From Opitutales bacterium (GTDB lineage: Bacteria > Verrucomicrobiota > Verrucomicrobiia > Opitutales > UBA2987), in the NCBI GenBank assembly GCA_965226885.1, contig CBDDEL010000016.1, positions 887,195 through 951,194 of the forward strand: a DNA stretch of 64,000 nt, given 5' to 3'. Shown one piece after another: positions 18,751 to 28,568 of this stretch. The position numbers and the translations under genes were made by a program. Position 1 is the stretch's first letter. Every line of letters begins with the position of its first letter. The notes beneath the pieces were generated by a model. It made no database searches. It worked only from the letters and a program-made list of their open reading frames with translations, and was not told where the DNA came from.

Positions 18751-18778
18751 AGATTGGACAGAAAAAAAGACTTGTCAA
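18751..18778 (-). promoter_or_regulatory. Sigma70-like promoter for the candidate ncRNA
   Basis: Minus strand TTGACA (18778-18773)-16 nt-CAATCT (18756-18751), with AT-rich sequence upstream. Confidence 0.55.
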
Positions 18779-19041
18779 ATAAAAAGTGTCCTAAAACACT
18801 GCAAAAGAACAAGTTGTGAATAAGTCGACTTTTCCATGTGAGCGTTTTGCGAACAACTGCGCATCCCTCCCAAACAGAGTCATTTAGAATTGAGGACAAT
18901 CGCCCACCCCCTATCGTGAATAACGCTTTAAACTTACCATCGCAAAAAAAAGTTTAAGTTTTTTTTATTTTTTTATTGTTTTTCCAAACAAGGATCACGT
19001 GCCATAATCATGAGTTTCGGGATTTTAAAAATCTTAATCCA

Positions 19042-19278
19042 ATGACCCCTTTACGATTATTACTGGTTATTTGTTTTTTCCTCGTGGCATCCGTGCCCTG
19101 GTTTTATGTCGGGGCTTCCAGTGTTTCCGATGAGGGATTGCCGAACTGGGCTTTGCATGGATTTGTAAGCATGTTTCTTTTCGCAATTTTCATCGCTTAC
19201 GCATTGAAAAAATATTGGGCCTTAATGGCAGGAGATGAAGATAATCCGCAAATAGAGAAAGAAAATAATGACGGGTGA
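19042..19278 (+). CDS. Small two-TM membrane protein, partner of the sodium:solute symporter
   Basis: SVPWFY...GLPNWA pattern; overlaps the start of the symporter gene. Confidence 0.7.
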   Translation: MTPLRLLLVICFFLVASVPWFYVGASSVSDEGLPNWALHGFVSMFLFAIFIAYALKKYWALMAGDEDNPQIEKENNDG

Positions 19279-20749
19279 TGCTGCCATACTGGACCGGGGC
19301 GGCATCCTGTTCGTGGGGAGTTACCTTTTCATCCTGATCGGTTTTGGCGTTTGGGGCCGATTTGCGCGTAAGGAGAAGAGCATGGATGATTTCTACCTGG
19401 GCGGTAGGAATTTCGGGCCTTTTGTCCTTTTGATGACACTTTTTGCGACTCAATACAGTGGAAATACGTTGATAGGCTATGCGGGACGGGCCTACCGGGA
19501 TGGCTTTCAATTTATCATGGCCCCCATGTTTATGATGATGGTAATCGGTGGTTACCTCTTCTACGCCCCAAAGCTTTACCGGCTTTCGGCCAAAAAAAGG
19601 TATGTCACCACATCCGATTTTCTACAGGATCGCTTTAATTACCGTCCGTTGTCTTTATGGGCCAGCGGATTGGGCATGGTTGCGTTATGCAACTACATTT
19701 TAACCAACCTGCTGGCCATCGGGCTTTTGGTCGAGACCGCCTCAGGTGGGCGGTTTGTCATGTGGCAGGGCATTCTCGCCTTGTCCATTATCATGGTTTT
19801 ATACGAAACACTGGGCGGCATGCGCAGCGTAGCCTGGACGGACGTGGTGCAAGGGATTCTTCTATTATCCGGCTGTGTGATTATATTTATATTCCTCAAC
19901 CTCCATTTCGACTCCTACAAAATTTTATCAGTCGATGTGAAAGCCAATTATCCAACCTTTTGGGATTCTCCCAACTGGAGGGAGAAGCTTGGTTGGTTGA
20001 GCACGCTTATTATGATCGGATTGGGGATATCGGTTTATCCCCATGCGGTGCAGAGGGTTTACGCCGCCCGCAGCGAAGCGACATTACGGAGTACGCTGCA
20101 GGTGATGGCGTTCATGCCCATCGTGACCACTTTTTTCATTATTTATGTAGGTTGGATGGGTAGCGGCCTGCTGCCCGGACTGGAGAGCGACAGGGCTGCC
20201 ACTGATCGCATTTCTCTGCACATGATCCAATTGCTGGCGGTGGAAATTCCCCAGTTCAAGATTTTCATGGTGGTCTTCCTGGCGGCAATCATCGCCGCAA
20301 TCATGTCCACAGTCGATTCCGCGCTTTTGAGTCTCTCCTCTTCGATGACCAAAGATTGGTATCAATTGATTAAACCAAAAACCTCCCAGGCCCAGCTGGC
20401 CATGGTGGGCAAAATCCTTTCCTGGATTCTAATGGGCGCCATGGCTTTGCTGGCAATACAGTCCGAAAGCACCATTTTTCGTTTGCTTGAGATCAAGCTG
20501 GAATTGCTACTGCAGGTGGTTCCGGCCATATATCTGGGAGTTCATACCAAAAAATTAAGCGGCCGGGCTGTATTTGCGGGTATGGTAGTCGGGACCGTCG
20601 TTACGGTTGTGTTTTTGGTGGCCCAAAAACTGGGCGCGCCGATTCCGGCCAAACCTTTGGGTATTTACGCAGGCGTCTGGGGATTTGGCCTGAACCTGAC
20701 CGTGCTGGCGGCGGTGGCAAAATTTTCACCTGCGAAATTAACTCGATAA
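19268..20749 (+). CDS. Sodium:solute symporter family protein (PanF-like)
   Basis: DFYLGGR, ATQYSGNT, GGMRSVAWTDVVQG and AAIMSTVDS motifs; many TM helices. Confidence 0.9.
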   Translation: MTGDAAILDRGGILFVGSYLFILIGFGVWGRFARKEKSMDDFYLGGRNFGPFVLLMTLFATQYSGNTLIGYAGRAYRDGFQFIMAPMFMMMVIGGYLFYAPKLYRLSAKKRYVTTSDFLQDRFNYRPLSLWASGLGMVALCNYILTNLLAIGLLVETASGGRFVMWQGILALSIIMVLYETLGGMRSVAWTDVVQGILLLSGCVIIFIFLNLHFDSYKILSVDVKANYPTFWDSPNWREKLGWLSTLIMIGLGISVYPHAVQRVYAARSEATLRSTLQVMAFMPIVTTFFIIYVGWMGSGLLPGLESDRAATDRISLHMIQLLAVEIPQFKIFMVVFLAAIIAAIMSTVDSALLSLSSSMTKDWYQLIKPKTSQAQLAMVGKILSWILMGAMALLAIQSESTIFRLLEIKLELLLQVVPAIYLGVHTKKLSGRAVFAGMVVGTVVTVVFLVAQKLGAPIPAKPLGIYAGVWGFGLNLTVLAAVAKFSPAKLTR

Positions 20750-20874
20750 CTATAAAAATCCATTTTCAACATCGAGGGTCGAACCGCGGGCAGTCATCAA
20801 TCCCGCGGAAATTATAATGATTTACACGAGAGGCTCATTGCCCAAAGTGAATTCCTGACAATTCTTGTTAAAGC

Positions 20875-21681
20875 ATGAGTTTTCTTAATCTGGAAAATAA
20901 AACATTCCTCGTATCCGGCGTCGCCAATCGCAAGAGCGTCGCCTACGCCATTGCCCGGATACTTGAGGAGGAAGGCGCCCGGGTTCTCTATTCCGTCCGC
21001 TCGGAAGAGCGGTTGCAGGCTCTGGAGCGTTTGCTGGAAGGGAAAACCGTATTCATTTGCGATGTGGAAGATCCCGGCCAGATCGACCGGCTGGCGAAAC
21101 AAGTTGCCGAGCAATGCGATACAATTTCAGGCTTGGTCCATTCGATCGCTTTCGCCGATTTCAGTGAGGGCTTGAAGCCTTTTCACGAAACCAAAAGGGA
21201 AGCTTTTCTACAGTCCGTTTCCATCACCGCTTTCTCCCTGGTGGAGATGGCGAGGGCCTTCAAACCCTTGCTTGAGAAAAATGCTTCCGTTGTCACTATC
21301 GGCATTTCCTCGACACTGGTCACGGCGGAGAATTACGGCTACCTCTCCCCGGTGAAATCGGCCCTTGAAGGTTGTGTGCGAAATTTGGCGAAATCATTCA
21401 GCCAGGATACCGAGGTGCGTTTTAACGCGGTGAACTCCGGACCGCTCAAAACCAGCGCATCGGCCGGAATTCCCGGTTACCTGGAAAATTATATCTTTGC
21501 CGAAAAGCTCACATTTCGCAAACGAGCCTTAACCACCCTCGAAGTTGCCAACACGGCGGTTTACCTGCTCAGTGAACGTTCCAGCGGAATCAATGGCCAG
21601 GGAATCACGGTCAATGCAGGGATGGACCTCAATTACTTCGACAAGGAAGTCATTCGCCTGGCCATGCGGCCGGAAAAATAG
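20875..21681 (+). CDS. fabI: Enoyl-ACP reductase (FabI-like SDR)
   Basis: GVANRKSVAYAIA, LVHSIAFA, YxxxxxxK (YGYLSPVK), GPLKTSASAGIPG. Confidence 0.82.
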   Translation: MSFLNLENKTFLVSGVANRKSVAYAIARILEEEGARVLYSVRSEERLQALERLLEGKTVFICDVEDPGQIDRLAKQVAEQCDTISGLVHSIAFADFSEGLKPFHETKREAFLQSVSITAFSLVEMARAFKPLLEKNASVVTIGISSTLVTAENYGYLSPVKSALEGCVRNLAKSFSQDTEVRFNAVNSGPLKTSASAGIPGYLENYIFAEKLTFRKRALTTLEVANTAVYLLSERSSGINGQGITVNAGMDLNYFDKEVIRLAMRPEK

Positions 21682-21692
21682 GGTCTGCCGGG

Positions 21693-22727
21693 ATGCTTTT
21701 TGCGGACGTTTGCATTGAATCCATAGCCTACTCGCTTCCTCCCGAGCGGTGGACTTCCGAGGATATTGAAAATAAACTGGCGCCTCTCTATGATCGTTTG
21801 AAATTGCCTTACGGGCGGTTGGAACTGATGACCGGCATTGTGGAGCGGCGATTTTGGGAGCGGCCCGTTTCGGCTTCCGAAGCAAGCGCGCTGGCTGCCG
21901 CCGAAGTTCTCAAAAAAACGAAACTGGAGAAGGGCGAGCTAGATTTGCTGGCCCATTCGGCGGTCTGCCGGGACCGTCTGGAACCGGCCACCGCAGCCTA
22001 TGTTCACCATCGTCTGGGACTGAGCGGAAGGACCCAGATTTTCGATATTTCCAACGCCTGCCTCGGTTTTCTCAATGCCCTGGTTCTGGCCGGGAGCATG
22101 ATTGATGGCGGACAAATCGACAGCGCCCTCATCGTGGCGGGCGAAAATGGCAAACCGCTGGTCGAAAACACCATTGAGCAGCTATTGAATCCGGCCCTGA
22201 CCCGAAATTCCACTAAACCCTTTTTCGCCAATTTGACCATCGGGGCAGGAGCTGTGGCGGCAGTGCTTTGCCGGGCTTCCAAGGTTGGCGGGGGCATTGG
22301 GCGTCTGACGGCGGGAGTCGTCGAGACCGACACGCGCCATAACGATCTTTGCGAGGGTGATTCCTCTGGAAACAACGCTCTGCAAATGCAAACCGATGCG
22401 GAAGAACTGCTCAATGCGGGGATCGGCGTAGCCGAAAGGGCCTGGGAAAAATTCAAGGAAACCACAGGTTGGAATGAAGAAACTCCCGACCACGTCATTA
22501 CTCACCAAGTGGGCCGGGCGCACCAGCGGCGTCTTTTCGAGGCTCTCAAATTGAATCCCGGAAAGGATTTTTCCACTTATGAGTTGCTGGGTAATATCGG
22601 TTCGGTCTCACTTCCCATCACCTTGGCTATGGCCCTGGATAAGGGGGTCGTGAAAGCCGATGACAAGGTGGCACTGCTCGGCATCGGCAGCGGTTTGAGC
22701 AGCATGATGCTGGCCCTGCAAATATAG
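21693..22727 (+). CDS. oleA: OleA-like acyl-CoA condensing enzyme (3-oxoacyl-ACP synthase III family)
   Basis: RDRLEPATA (OleA-type Glu), FDISNACLGF (Cys), HQVG, GNIGSVSLP and LLGIGSG motifs. Confidence 0.85.
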   Translation: MLFADVCIESIAYSLPPERWTSEDIENKLAPLYDRLKLPYGRLELMTGIVERRFWERPVSASEASALAAAEVLKKTKLEKGELDLLAHSAVCRDRLEPATAAYVHHRLGLSGRTQIFDISNACLGFLNALVLAGSMIDGGQIDSALIVAGENGKPLVENTIEQLLNPALTRNSTKPFFANLTIGAGAVAAVLCRASKVGGGIGRLTAGVVETDTRHNDLCEGDSSGNNALQMQTDAEELLNAGIGVAERAWEKFKETTGWNEETPDHVITHQVGRAHQRRLFEALKLNPGKDFSTYELLGNIGSVSLPITLAMALDKGVVKADDKVALLGIGSGLSSMMLALQI

Positions 22728-22740
22728 TTTTTCCGGTGAA

Positions 22741-23634
22741 ATGAAACCGCTCCCAAAATACCTCCGGGATATCTACCCGTTCGCAAGTCATTTTCTGGAG
22801 TTCGATGGAACCCGCTTGCATTACCTGGATGAAGGCCAGGGGGAGGCGGTTTTGATGTTTCACGGCAATCCCACCTGGTCTTTTTATTATAGGAACCTGA
22901 TCCTCGGCCTTAGGGACAGATTCCGCTGCATTGCGCCCGACCACATAGGGTGCGGCCTATCGGATAAGCCGCAGAGATATGCCTATCGTTTGAGCGATCA
23001 CATTGAAAACTCCGTGCGTTTGGTCGAACACCTGAATCTGAGCCGTTTTCATATCATTGTTCACGATTGGGGTGGCCCCATCGGCTTAGGACTGGCCACA
23101 AGAATGCCGGAAAAAGTTGGATCGATAGTGGTCCTGAACACGGCCGCATTTTCTGCCACTGAGATGCCCCTGCCGCTAAAAATCTGTCGTTTGCCGCTAC
23201 TTGGGTCGGTCCTTGTGCGCGGATGCAACCTATTCGCCCGCCCTGCCCTCAACATGGCCGTATGCAAGCCTATGAGTAAAGAGGTGAAGGCGGGTTATAT
23301 TTTCCCTTACGATAGTTGGGAAAACCGCATTGCGACCTTGAGATTTGTGCAGGATATTCCCATCAATCCACAGCATCCCAGTTTTTCTGTGTTAAAGGAA
23401 ATAGAGGGATCCCTGGAAAAACTGGCCGGCAAACCGATGCTTATTTGCTGGGGAATGAAGGACTTTGTCTTTACCGAAAAATTTCTCACAGAATGGATGC
23501 GCCATTTCCCCTCAGCCAAAGCACACCGGTTTGCCGAGGCCGGACACTACCTGCTCGAAGATGCGGGAGATGAGACGCTGGAGCTTGTCAAAGAGTTCTT
23601 GCCCGCCGGAATTAAAGACCGCGAGACCATTTGA
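22741..23634 (+). CDS. oleB: OleB-like alpha/beta hydrolase (haloalkane dehalogenase-like beta-lactone decarboxylase)
   Basis: HGNPTWSFYYR, PDHIGCGLSDKP, HDWGG nucleophile and AGHYLLED motifs; directly follows oleA. Confidence 0.8.
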   Translation: MKPLPKYLRDIYPFASHFLEFDGTRLHYLDEGQGEAVLMFHGNPTWSFYYRNLILGLRDRFRCIAPDHIGCGLSDKPQRYAYRLSDHIENSVRLVEHLNLSRFHIIVHDWGGPIGLGLATRMPEKVGSIVVLNTAAFSATEMPLPLKICRLPLLGSVLVRGCNLFARPALNMAVCKPMSKEVKAGYIFPYDSWENRIATLRFVQDIPINPQHPSFSVLKEIEGSLEKLAGKPMLICWGMKDFVFTEKFLTEWMRHFPSAKAHRFAEAGHYLLEDAGDETLELVKEFLPAGIKDRETI

Positions 23635-23635
23635 T

Positions 23636-25171
23636 TCAATTTTCGGCCCGGCCATAAATTTCGGCATTTTCCTTGAGGTAGGTGGCGCTGTTCCGGCCCA
23701 GTCGGTCGAGTTGTTTGCGCGTAAACCGCCATTGCCAATTTCCCTGAGAAGTGCCGGGAGCATTCATGCGTGCCTCCGTGCTTAGGCTCAACAGGTCCTG
23801 CATCGGAATAATGGCCAGGCGACTGACCGAGCGGTAGGCCTCCCGGATCAAATCCCAGGAAATATCTTCCCCGTCGGCCCTCAGGTAAGTGCGCACCTGG
23901 TGCCTTGTTTCCTCAGAAGCCGCTTCGTACCAGCCGTGGGTCGTATCATTGTCGTGAGTCCCGGGATAGAGCACGCTGTTGGCTATAAGATTAAAGGGCA
24001 GGTAGGGATTCGATGCATTGCCGTCGAAGGCGAACTGCATCACGGCCATGCCGGGCAGCCCGGTTTGAGCCAGCAATTGGCGAACCTCTGGAGTAATTTC
24101 ACCCAAATCCTCTGCCATCAAACGGAAATCCGGAAATTGCTTTTTGATGGTCGAGAAAAAATCCAGGCCGGGCCCTTTCACCCACTTGCCGACCGTAGCG
24201 TCCTTCGCACCGGCGGGGATCGACCAGTAAGTCTCCAAACCCCGGAAGTGGTCGAAACGTACTATGTCGAACATTTCGAAGTTGCGGCCCAAACGGGCCA
24301 TCCACCATTTATAATCATTTTTTTTTAACATTTCCCAATCGTAAAGAGGATTGCCCCACAATTGGCCGGTGGCGGAAAAATAGTCGGGCGGCACTCCGGC
24401 CACAGCCTTGGGTTGGCCGCTTTTCTTGAGCTGAAAAATTTCCGGGTGGGACCACACGTCGGCGCTGTCGAGCGAGACGAACAGCGGTATGTCGCCGATG
24501 ATCCCTATGCCCCTCTCGTGGGCGTATTTCTTAACCAATTTCCATTGCCCGAAAAACAGGTATTGGGAAAACCGGCAAACTTCCATTGCCTCTCGCAGAT
24601 TTTTCGTTTTGGCAGCCGATTGTGCTTTGGAATATGATCGCCACGGCGTCTCCCACTCGAACCAGGGCCGGCCGCCAAAATGTTCCTTCAAAGCCATAAA
24701 GAGGGCGTAGGTTTCCAGCCAGTCCGCATTGTCGGCCTTGAAATCTTCGTAAAGACCATAATTGGGCAAATAGGAAAGTTTTTTGCGGACAAAATTGCGT
24801 TGCACGAGGCGAAGGACCGGTCGGCTTTTTAGATACAATTCCCCGAAGTCAACCCTATCATCCGGCATGTCGAGCAAGGGCCGCAGGTGGTCCGGCTTTA
24901 ACAAGTCAAAAGTCATCAACCCCTCGAGGTCGATCAGGTAGGGATTTCCGGCCAAGGCCGAAAAACACTGGTAAGGAGAATCGCCGAAACCGGTTGGCCC
25001 AAGCGGGCAAACCTGCCAGTATTTCATCCCAGCAGCAGCCAGAAAATCGACAAACCGGCAGGCCTCCAGCCCCAGCGTCCCTATGCCGTAATCGCCGGGC
25101 AAAGATGTGGGATGCAGCAATACCCCCGCCCCCCGGGTATTAAGCCATGAAAATAAAGGCGCATTAAGCAT
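23636..25171 (-). CDS. malQ: 4-alpha-glucanotransferase (GH77)
   Basis: GVLLHPTSLP, GVPPDYFSATGQLWGNP, RFDHFRG, AEDLG and GTHDNDT motifs. ATG at 25171. Confidence 0.95.
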   Translation of the reverse strand: MLNAPLFSWLNTRGAGVLLHPTSLPGDYGIGTLGLEACRFVDFLAAAGMKYWQVCPLGPTGFGDSPYQCFSALAGNPYLIDLEGLMTFDLLKPDHLRPLLDMPDDRVDFGELYLKSRPVLRLVQRNFVRKKLSYLPNYGLYEDFKADNADWLETYALFMALKEHFGGRPWFEWETPWRSYSKAQSAAKTKNLREAMEVCRFSQYLFFGQWKLVKKYAHERGIGIIGDIPLFVSLDSADVWSHPEIFQLKKSGQPKAVAGVPPDYFSATGQLWGNPLYDWEMLKKNDYKWWMARLGRNFEMFDIVRFDHFRGLETYWSIPAGAKDATVGKWVKGPGLDFFSTIKKQFPDFRLMAEDLGEITPEVRQLLAQTGLPGMAVMQFAFDGNASNPYLPFNLIANSVLYPGTHDNDTTHGWYEAASEETRHQVRTYLRADGEDISWDLIREAYRSVSRLAIIPMQDLLSLSTEARMNAPGTSQGNWQWRFTRKQLDRLGRNSATYLKENAEIYGRAEN

Positions 25172-25405
25172 CTCCCCTAGATAGGATTTTACGCATCCCC
25201 GGCAAGCGAAGAGAGTATTTAAATAAACCGGTACCCTTAAAAATGCTATTCCCGGCTCCAAGCGTCGAGGGAATGATCAAGTTCAAATTCCATTGACAGC
25301 CGGAAGTGGTTGACGGAAAATGACTCGTCACGACCCATTTGCGGGACAGTGGAAAATTTATTTGAACCGTTTAATAACACTCTAAAAAAACATATTCTTC
25401 TTTAT

Positions 25406-26734
25406 ATGAGTTCCCTTCTAATCGAAAACGCAACCCTGGCCACTTTGGGGGATAATAACCGGATCCTAACCGATCATTCCCTCTTGGTGGAAAATGACCT
25501 AATTGCCAGGATCGCTCCCTCGAATGAGATGCGGGGGCAAACCGCCGATACGGTTATCGATGCCAAGGGACAACTTGTTCTGCCGGGTTTCATCAATGCC
25601 CACACCCATTTTTACAGTGCTTTTGCCCGCGGCCTGGGCAAGGTTCCGCCTTCCAGGAATTTTGTGGAAGTGCTGGAAAACCTCTGGTGGCGGCTGGATC
25701 GATTATTGACCCCGGAGGATTGCTACTACAGCGCCCTGGTCAGTTGCGTTGATGCCGTCAAGCACGGGACCACCACCTTGATCGACCACCACGCCAGCCA
25801 AGGCCATGTGCGAGGCACCCTGCAATTAATTGAGAAGGCCGTAATGGAGACCGGTTTACGCGCATCCCTTTGCTTTGAGCTGACTGACCGGGACGGCCCC
25901 CAGGTGGCCCAGGACGGGATTGACGAGAATGTGGAATTCATCAAAGCCAACGGGAGCGGAAATTCCTCCCGTATCAAGGCCTTGTTCGGTCTTCATGCCG
26001 CATTCACGATCAACGACCAGACAATGGAGAAAGCGGTTGCGGCGGCTCGCGAGCTTGGTGCCGGGTTTCACATTCACACCGCCGAGGATCAGGCGGATCA
26101 GGACCACAGCCTGAAAAACCACAACATGCGGGTGGTCGAGAGACTGAACAAATTTGGCGTTCTGGGTCCGCAGACCATTTGCGCCCACTGCATCCATGTC
26201 GATGAAGCCGAAATGGACTTGCTGGCCGAAACGGATACCATCGGTATGCATTTGCCGCAGTCCAACCTCAATAACGCGGTGGGCGTGGCCGATGTCGTAA
26301 AACTTATCGAAAAAGGAATTCTCTACGGCTTGGGGACGGATTCCATGACCAATAACATGCTGGAGGAAGCGCGTGTGGCTCTATGGGCTCAGCATATCAA
26401 CAAATCCAATCCCAGCGTCGGGTTCATGGAGGTTTGGAACGCTCTTCTGGTCAACAATCGAAAAATCCTCAGTCGCTACTGGGATGAAAACATCGGCACG
26501 CTGGAAGTAGGCGCTTTGGCGGACATAGTACTCATGGATTACTATCCGCCGACTCCGTTAGATGAAAATTCCTTTGTCGGCCACATGTGTTTCGGGGTGG
26601 CCCATTCGTCGGTGCGCACCACCATTGCCGGAGGCCAGGTTCTCATGAAGGACCACCAACTTGTGGGCATCGACGAGGAACGCATAGCGGCCCGTGCACG
26701 GGAGCTTTCCGCGGCCCTCTGGGAACGCTTTTGA
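25406..26734 (+). CDS. ssnA: Putative aminohydrolase SsnA (amidohydrolase superfamily)
   Basis: PGFINAHTHFYS, LWWRLD, DHHAS, GLHAAFT, HIHTAE and SNLNNAVG motifs. Confidence 0.85.
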   Translation: MSSLLIENATLATLGDNNRILTDHSLLVENDLIARIAPSNEMRGQTADTVIDAKGQLVLPGFINAHTHFYSAFARGLGKVPPSRNFVEVLENLWWRLDRLLTPEDCYYSALVSCVDAVKHGTTTLIDHHASQGHVRGTLQLIEKAVMETGLRASLCFELTDRDGPQVAQDGIDENVEFIKANGSGNSSRIKALFGLHAAFTINDQTMEKAVAAARELGAGFHIHTAEDQADQDHSLKNHNMRVVERLNKFGVLGPQTICAHCIHVDEAEMDLLAETDTIGMHLPQSNLNNAVGVADVVKLIEKGILYGLGTDSMTNNMLEEARVALWAQHINKSNPSVGFMEVWNALLVNNRKILSRYWDENIGTLEVGALADIVLMDYYPPTPLDENSFVGHMCFGVAHSSVRTTIAGGQVLMKDHQLVGIDEERIAARARELSAALWERF

Positions 26735-26765
26735 AGACCCTTCTTTTTTTATTTATTTTATACGA

Positions 26766-27431
26766 ATGACCGAAATCCAATTCCCTCTCATCATGCTTGC
26801 GGCCGGTAAGTCGTCGCGCATGGGTGAGCCCAAGGGGTTGGTCAGCGTGGGGAAACGATCACGACCTTGGATCGAGATCCAGTTGCGGCGGTTTGCCCAG
26901 GCCGGGGGGAGTAGAGCGGTGGTTGTTCTTGGTTATAACCGGGAAAAATATGCCGAAAAACTACCCTGGTTGTGGGGAGACAGAATTCAGGCGGTGGAAA
27001 CCGGCCTGCCTGGCATATATCCGGTTGTAAATCCAAAACCTGAGAGAGGTCCATTTTCATCCCTCATGGAGGGGTGGCATTTATTGCGAAAAAAGCGGCC
27101 TGGATCGCCAGCCTATATCTTGCCGGTGGATGTGCCTTGCCCGCTGGGAAACGTATTTCAGGCCTTAAGCAATGCCCTTGAACCGGGCATTGAAGTCTGC
27201 GTTCCGTTTTGCCAGAACCGCGGGGGCCATCCGGTTTTGGCGACCTCTTCCTTTATGGAAAAATTAGACTCATTACCCATCACGGACCCGAATTCCCGTT
27301 TGGATTGGCAAATAAAAACCCTGGCCCCTGAAAGCATATGCAATGTCCCGGTCGAGGAAAAACTTGTCCTCTTGAACATGAATCGAAAAGAAGATTTCCT
27401 GGCCGCAGGGTGCTGGATCGAAGAGCTTTAA
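26766..27431 (+). CDS. MobA/MocA-like NTP transferase (molybdenum cofactor cytidylyltransferase)
   Basis: LAAGKSSRMGEPKGL, NPKPERGPFSSL, PVDVP, GGHPV and LNMNRKED motifs. Confidence 0.8.
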   Translation: MTEIQFPLIMLAAGKSSRMGEPKGLVSVGKRSRPWIEIQLRRFAQAGGSRAVVVLGYNREKYAEKLPWLWGDRIQAVETGLPGIYPVVNPKPERGPFSSLMEGWHLLRKKRPGSPAYILPVDVPCPLGNVFQALSNALEPGIEVCVPFCQNRGGHPVLATSSFMEKLDSLPITDPNSRLDWQIKTLAPESICNVPVEEKLVLLNMNRKEDFLAAGCWIEEL

Positions 27432-27464
27432 AATAAAAATGAAAGTGAAAGGAAATACAATAAC

Positions 27465-28535
27465 ATGATTACGGAAGACATGATTCGCCGAGCTCCCAAA
27501 GTCCAATTGCACGACCATCTGGACGGTGGTTTGAGGCCGCAAACGGTCATCGACCTGGCCAAAGATATCGACTACAAGGAACTGCCAACAACCGATCCCC
27601 AGGCTTTGGGGGACTGGTTTCATCAAGGGGCCAACAAGGGAAACCTGGTCGAATACCTGGAGGGCTTCGTCCATACCTGCGGGGTCATGCAGACCAAGGA
27701 TGCCCTTGTGCGGGTGGCCTACGAAATGATGGAGGATATGCACCGGGACGGGGTCTGCTATATTGAGACTCGCTTCTGCCCGCACCTGCATACGGAACAC
27801 GGCCTTTATTCGGAGAAAGTGGTCGGCTATGTTCTTGAAGGGCTGGAAAAGGGAAAAAGAGATTTCGGCGTCGAATACGGGTTGATTATTTGCGGTTTAA
27901 GAAACATGAGGCGATCGCTCGAAATGGCCGAGTTGGCCGTCAATTTCCGCAAACAGGGGGTGGTCGGTTTCGATCTGGCGGGAGAGGAAGGCGGCTATCC
28001 ACCCAAGGAACACCTGGATGCCTTTCAGTTTATCAAAAGGGAAAATTTCAGCATCACGATTCACGCCGGGGAAGCTTTTGGCAAGCAATCCATCTGGCAA
28101 GCTATCCAGTATTGCGGAGCGCACCGGATCGGCCACGCCACCCGCCTGGTGGAAGATTTCGGCTACGACAAGGAGGGCCGGGTCGTTTCCCTGGGACCAT
28201 TGTCGCAATATATTCTGGACAAAAGGATTCCCCTTGAGATTTGCCTCCTAAGCAATATTCACACCGGCGCTGTGGATAAAATAGAGAACCATCCCTTCGG
28301 AGAGCTTTTTCGCATCGGATTCAGGGTTTTTCTTAATACGGACGACCGGCTGATGAGCGACACCACCTTGACCAACGAATACCTGATTGCCTCGAAGGTC
28401 TTCGGTCTGGACCTGGATAAAATCGAAAAGCTGACCATAGACGCCATGAAATCCGCCTTTTGCTTCCACAAGGATCGATTGAGAATTATTTATGACACTA
28501 TCAAACCGGGTTTTCAGCAGTTGCGTGAAAAATAA
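27465..28535 (+). CDS. add: Adenosine deaminase
   Basis: PKVQLHDHLDG, FDLAGEE, TIHAGE, RIGH and NTDDRL motifs. Confidence 0.92.
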   Translation: MITEDMIRRAPKVQLHDHLDGGLRPQTVIDLAKDIDYKELPTTDPQALGDWFHQGANKGNLVEYLEGFVHTCGVMQTKDALVRVAYEMMEDMHRDGVCYIETRFCPHLHTEHGLYSEKVVGYVLEGLEKGKRDFGVEYGLIICGLRNMRRSLEMAELAVNFRKQGVVGFDLAGEEGGYPPKEHLDAFQFIKRENFSITIHAGEAFGKQSIWQAIQYCGAHRIGHATRLVEDFGYDKEGRVVSLGPLSQYILDKRIPLEICLLSNIHTGAVDKIENHPFGELFRIGFRVFLNTDDRLMSDTTLTNEYLIASKVFGLDLDKIEKLTIDAMKSAFCFHKDRLRIIYDTIKPGFQQLREK

Positions 28536-28568
28536 ACTGCCAAGCCATAATTTATTTCATACCAAATT

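Noticed and set aside
18787..18812. LexA box upstream of the ncRNA promoter
   Set aside because: Only half-sites (GAACA; TGTCC-TA-AAACA) with the wrong spacing, too weak to claim SOS control.
17676..18899. Short ORFs (64-130 aa) on both strands in the lexA-symporter gap
   Set aside because: They overlap one another, have no recognisable domains, and are Arg/Pro/Gly/Ser-rich as expected for GC-rich non-coding sequence. The RNA-structure signal explains the region better.
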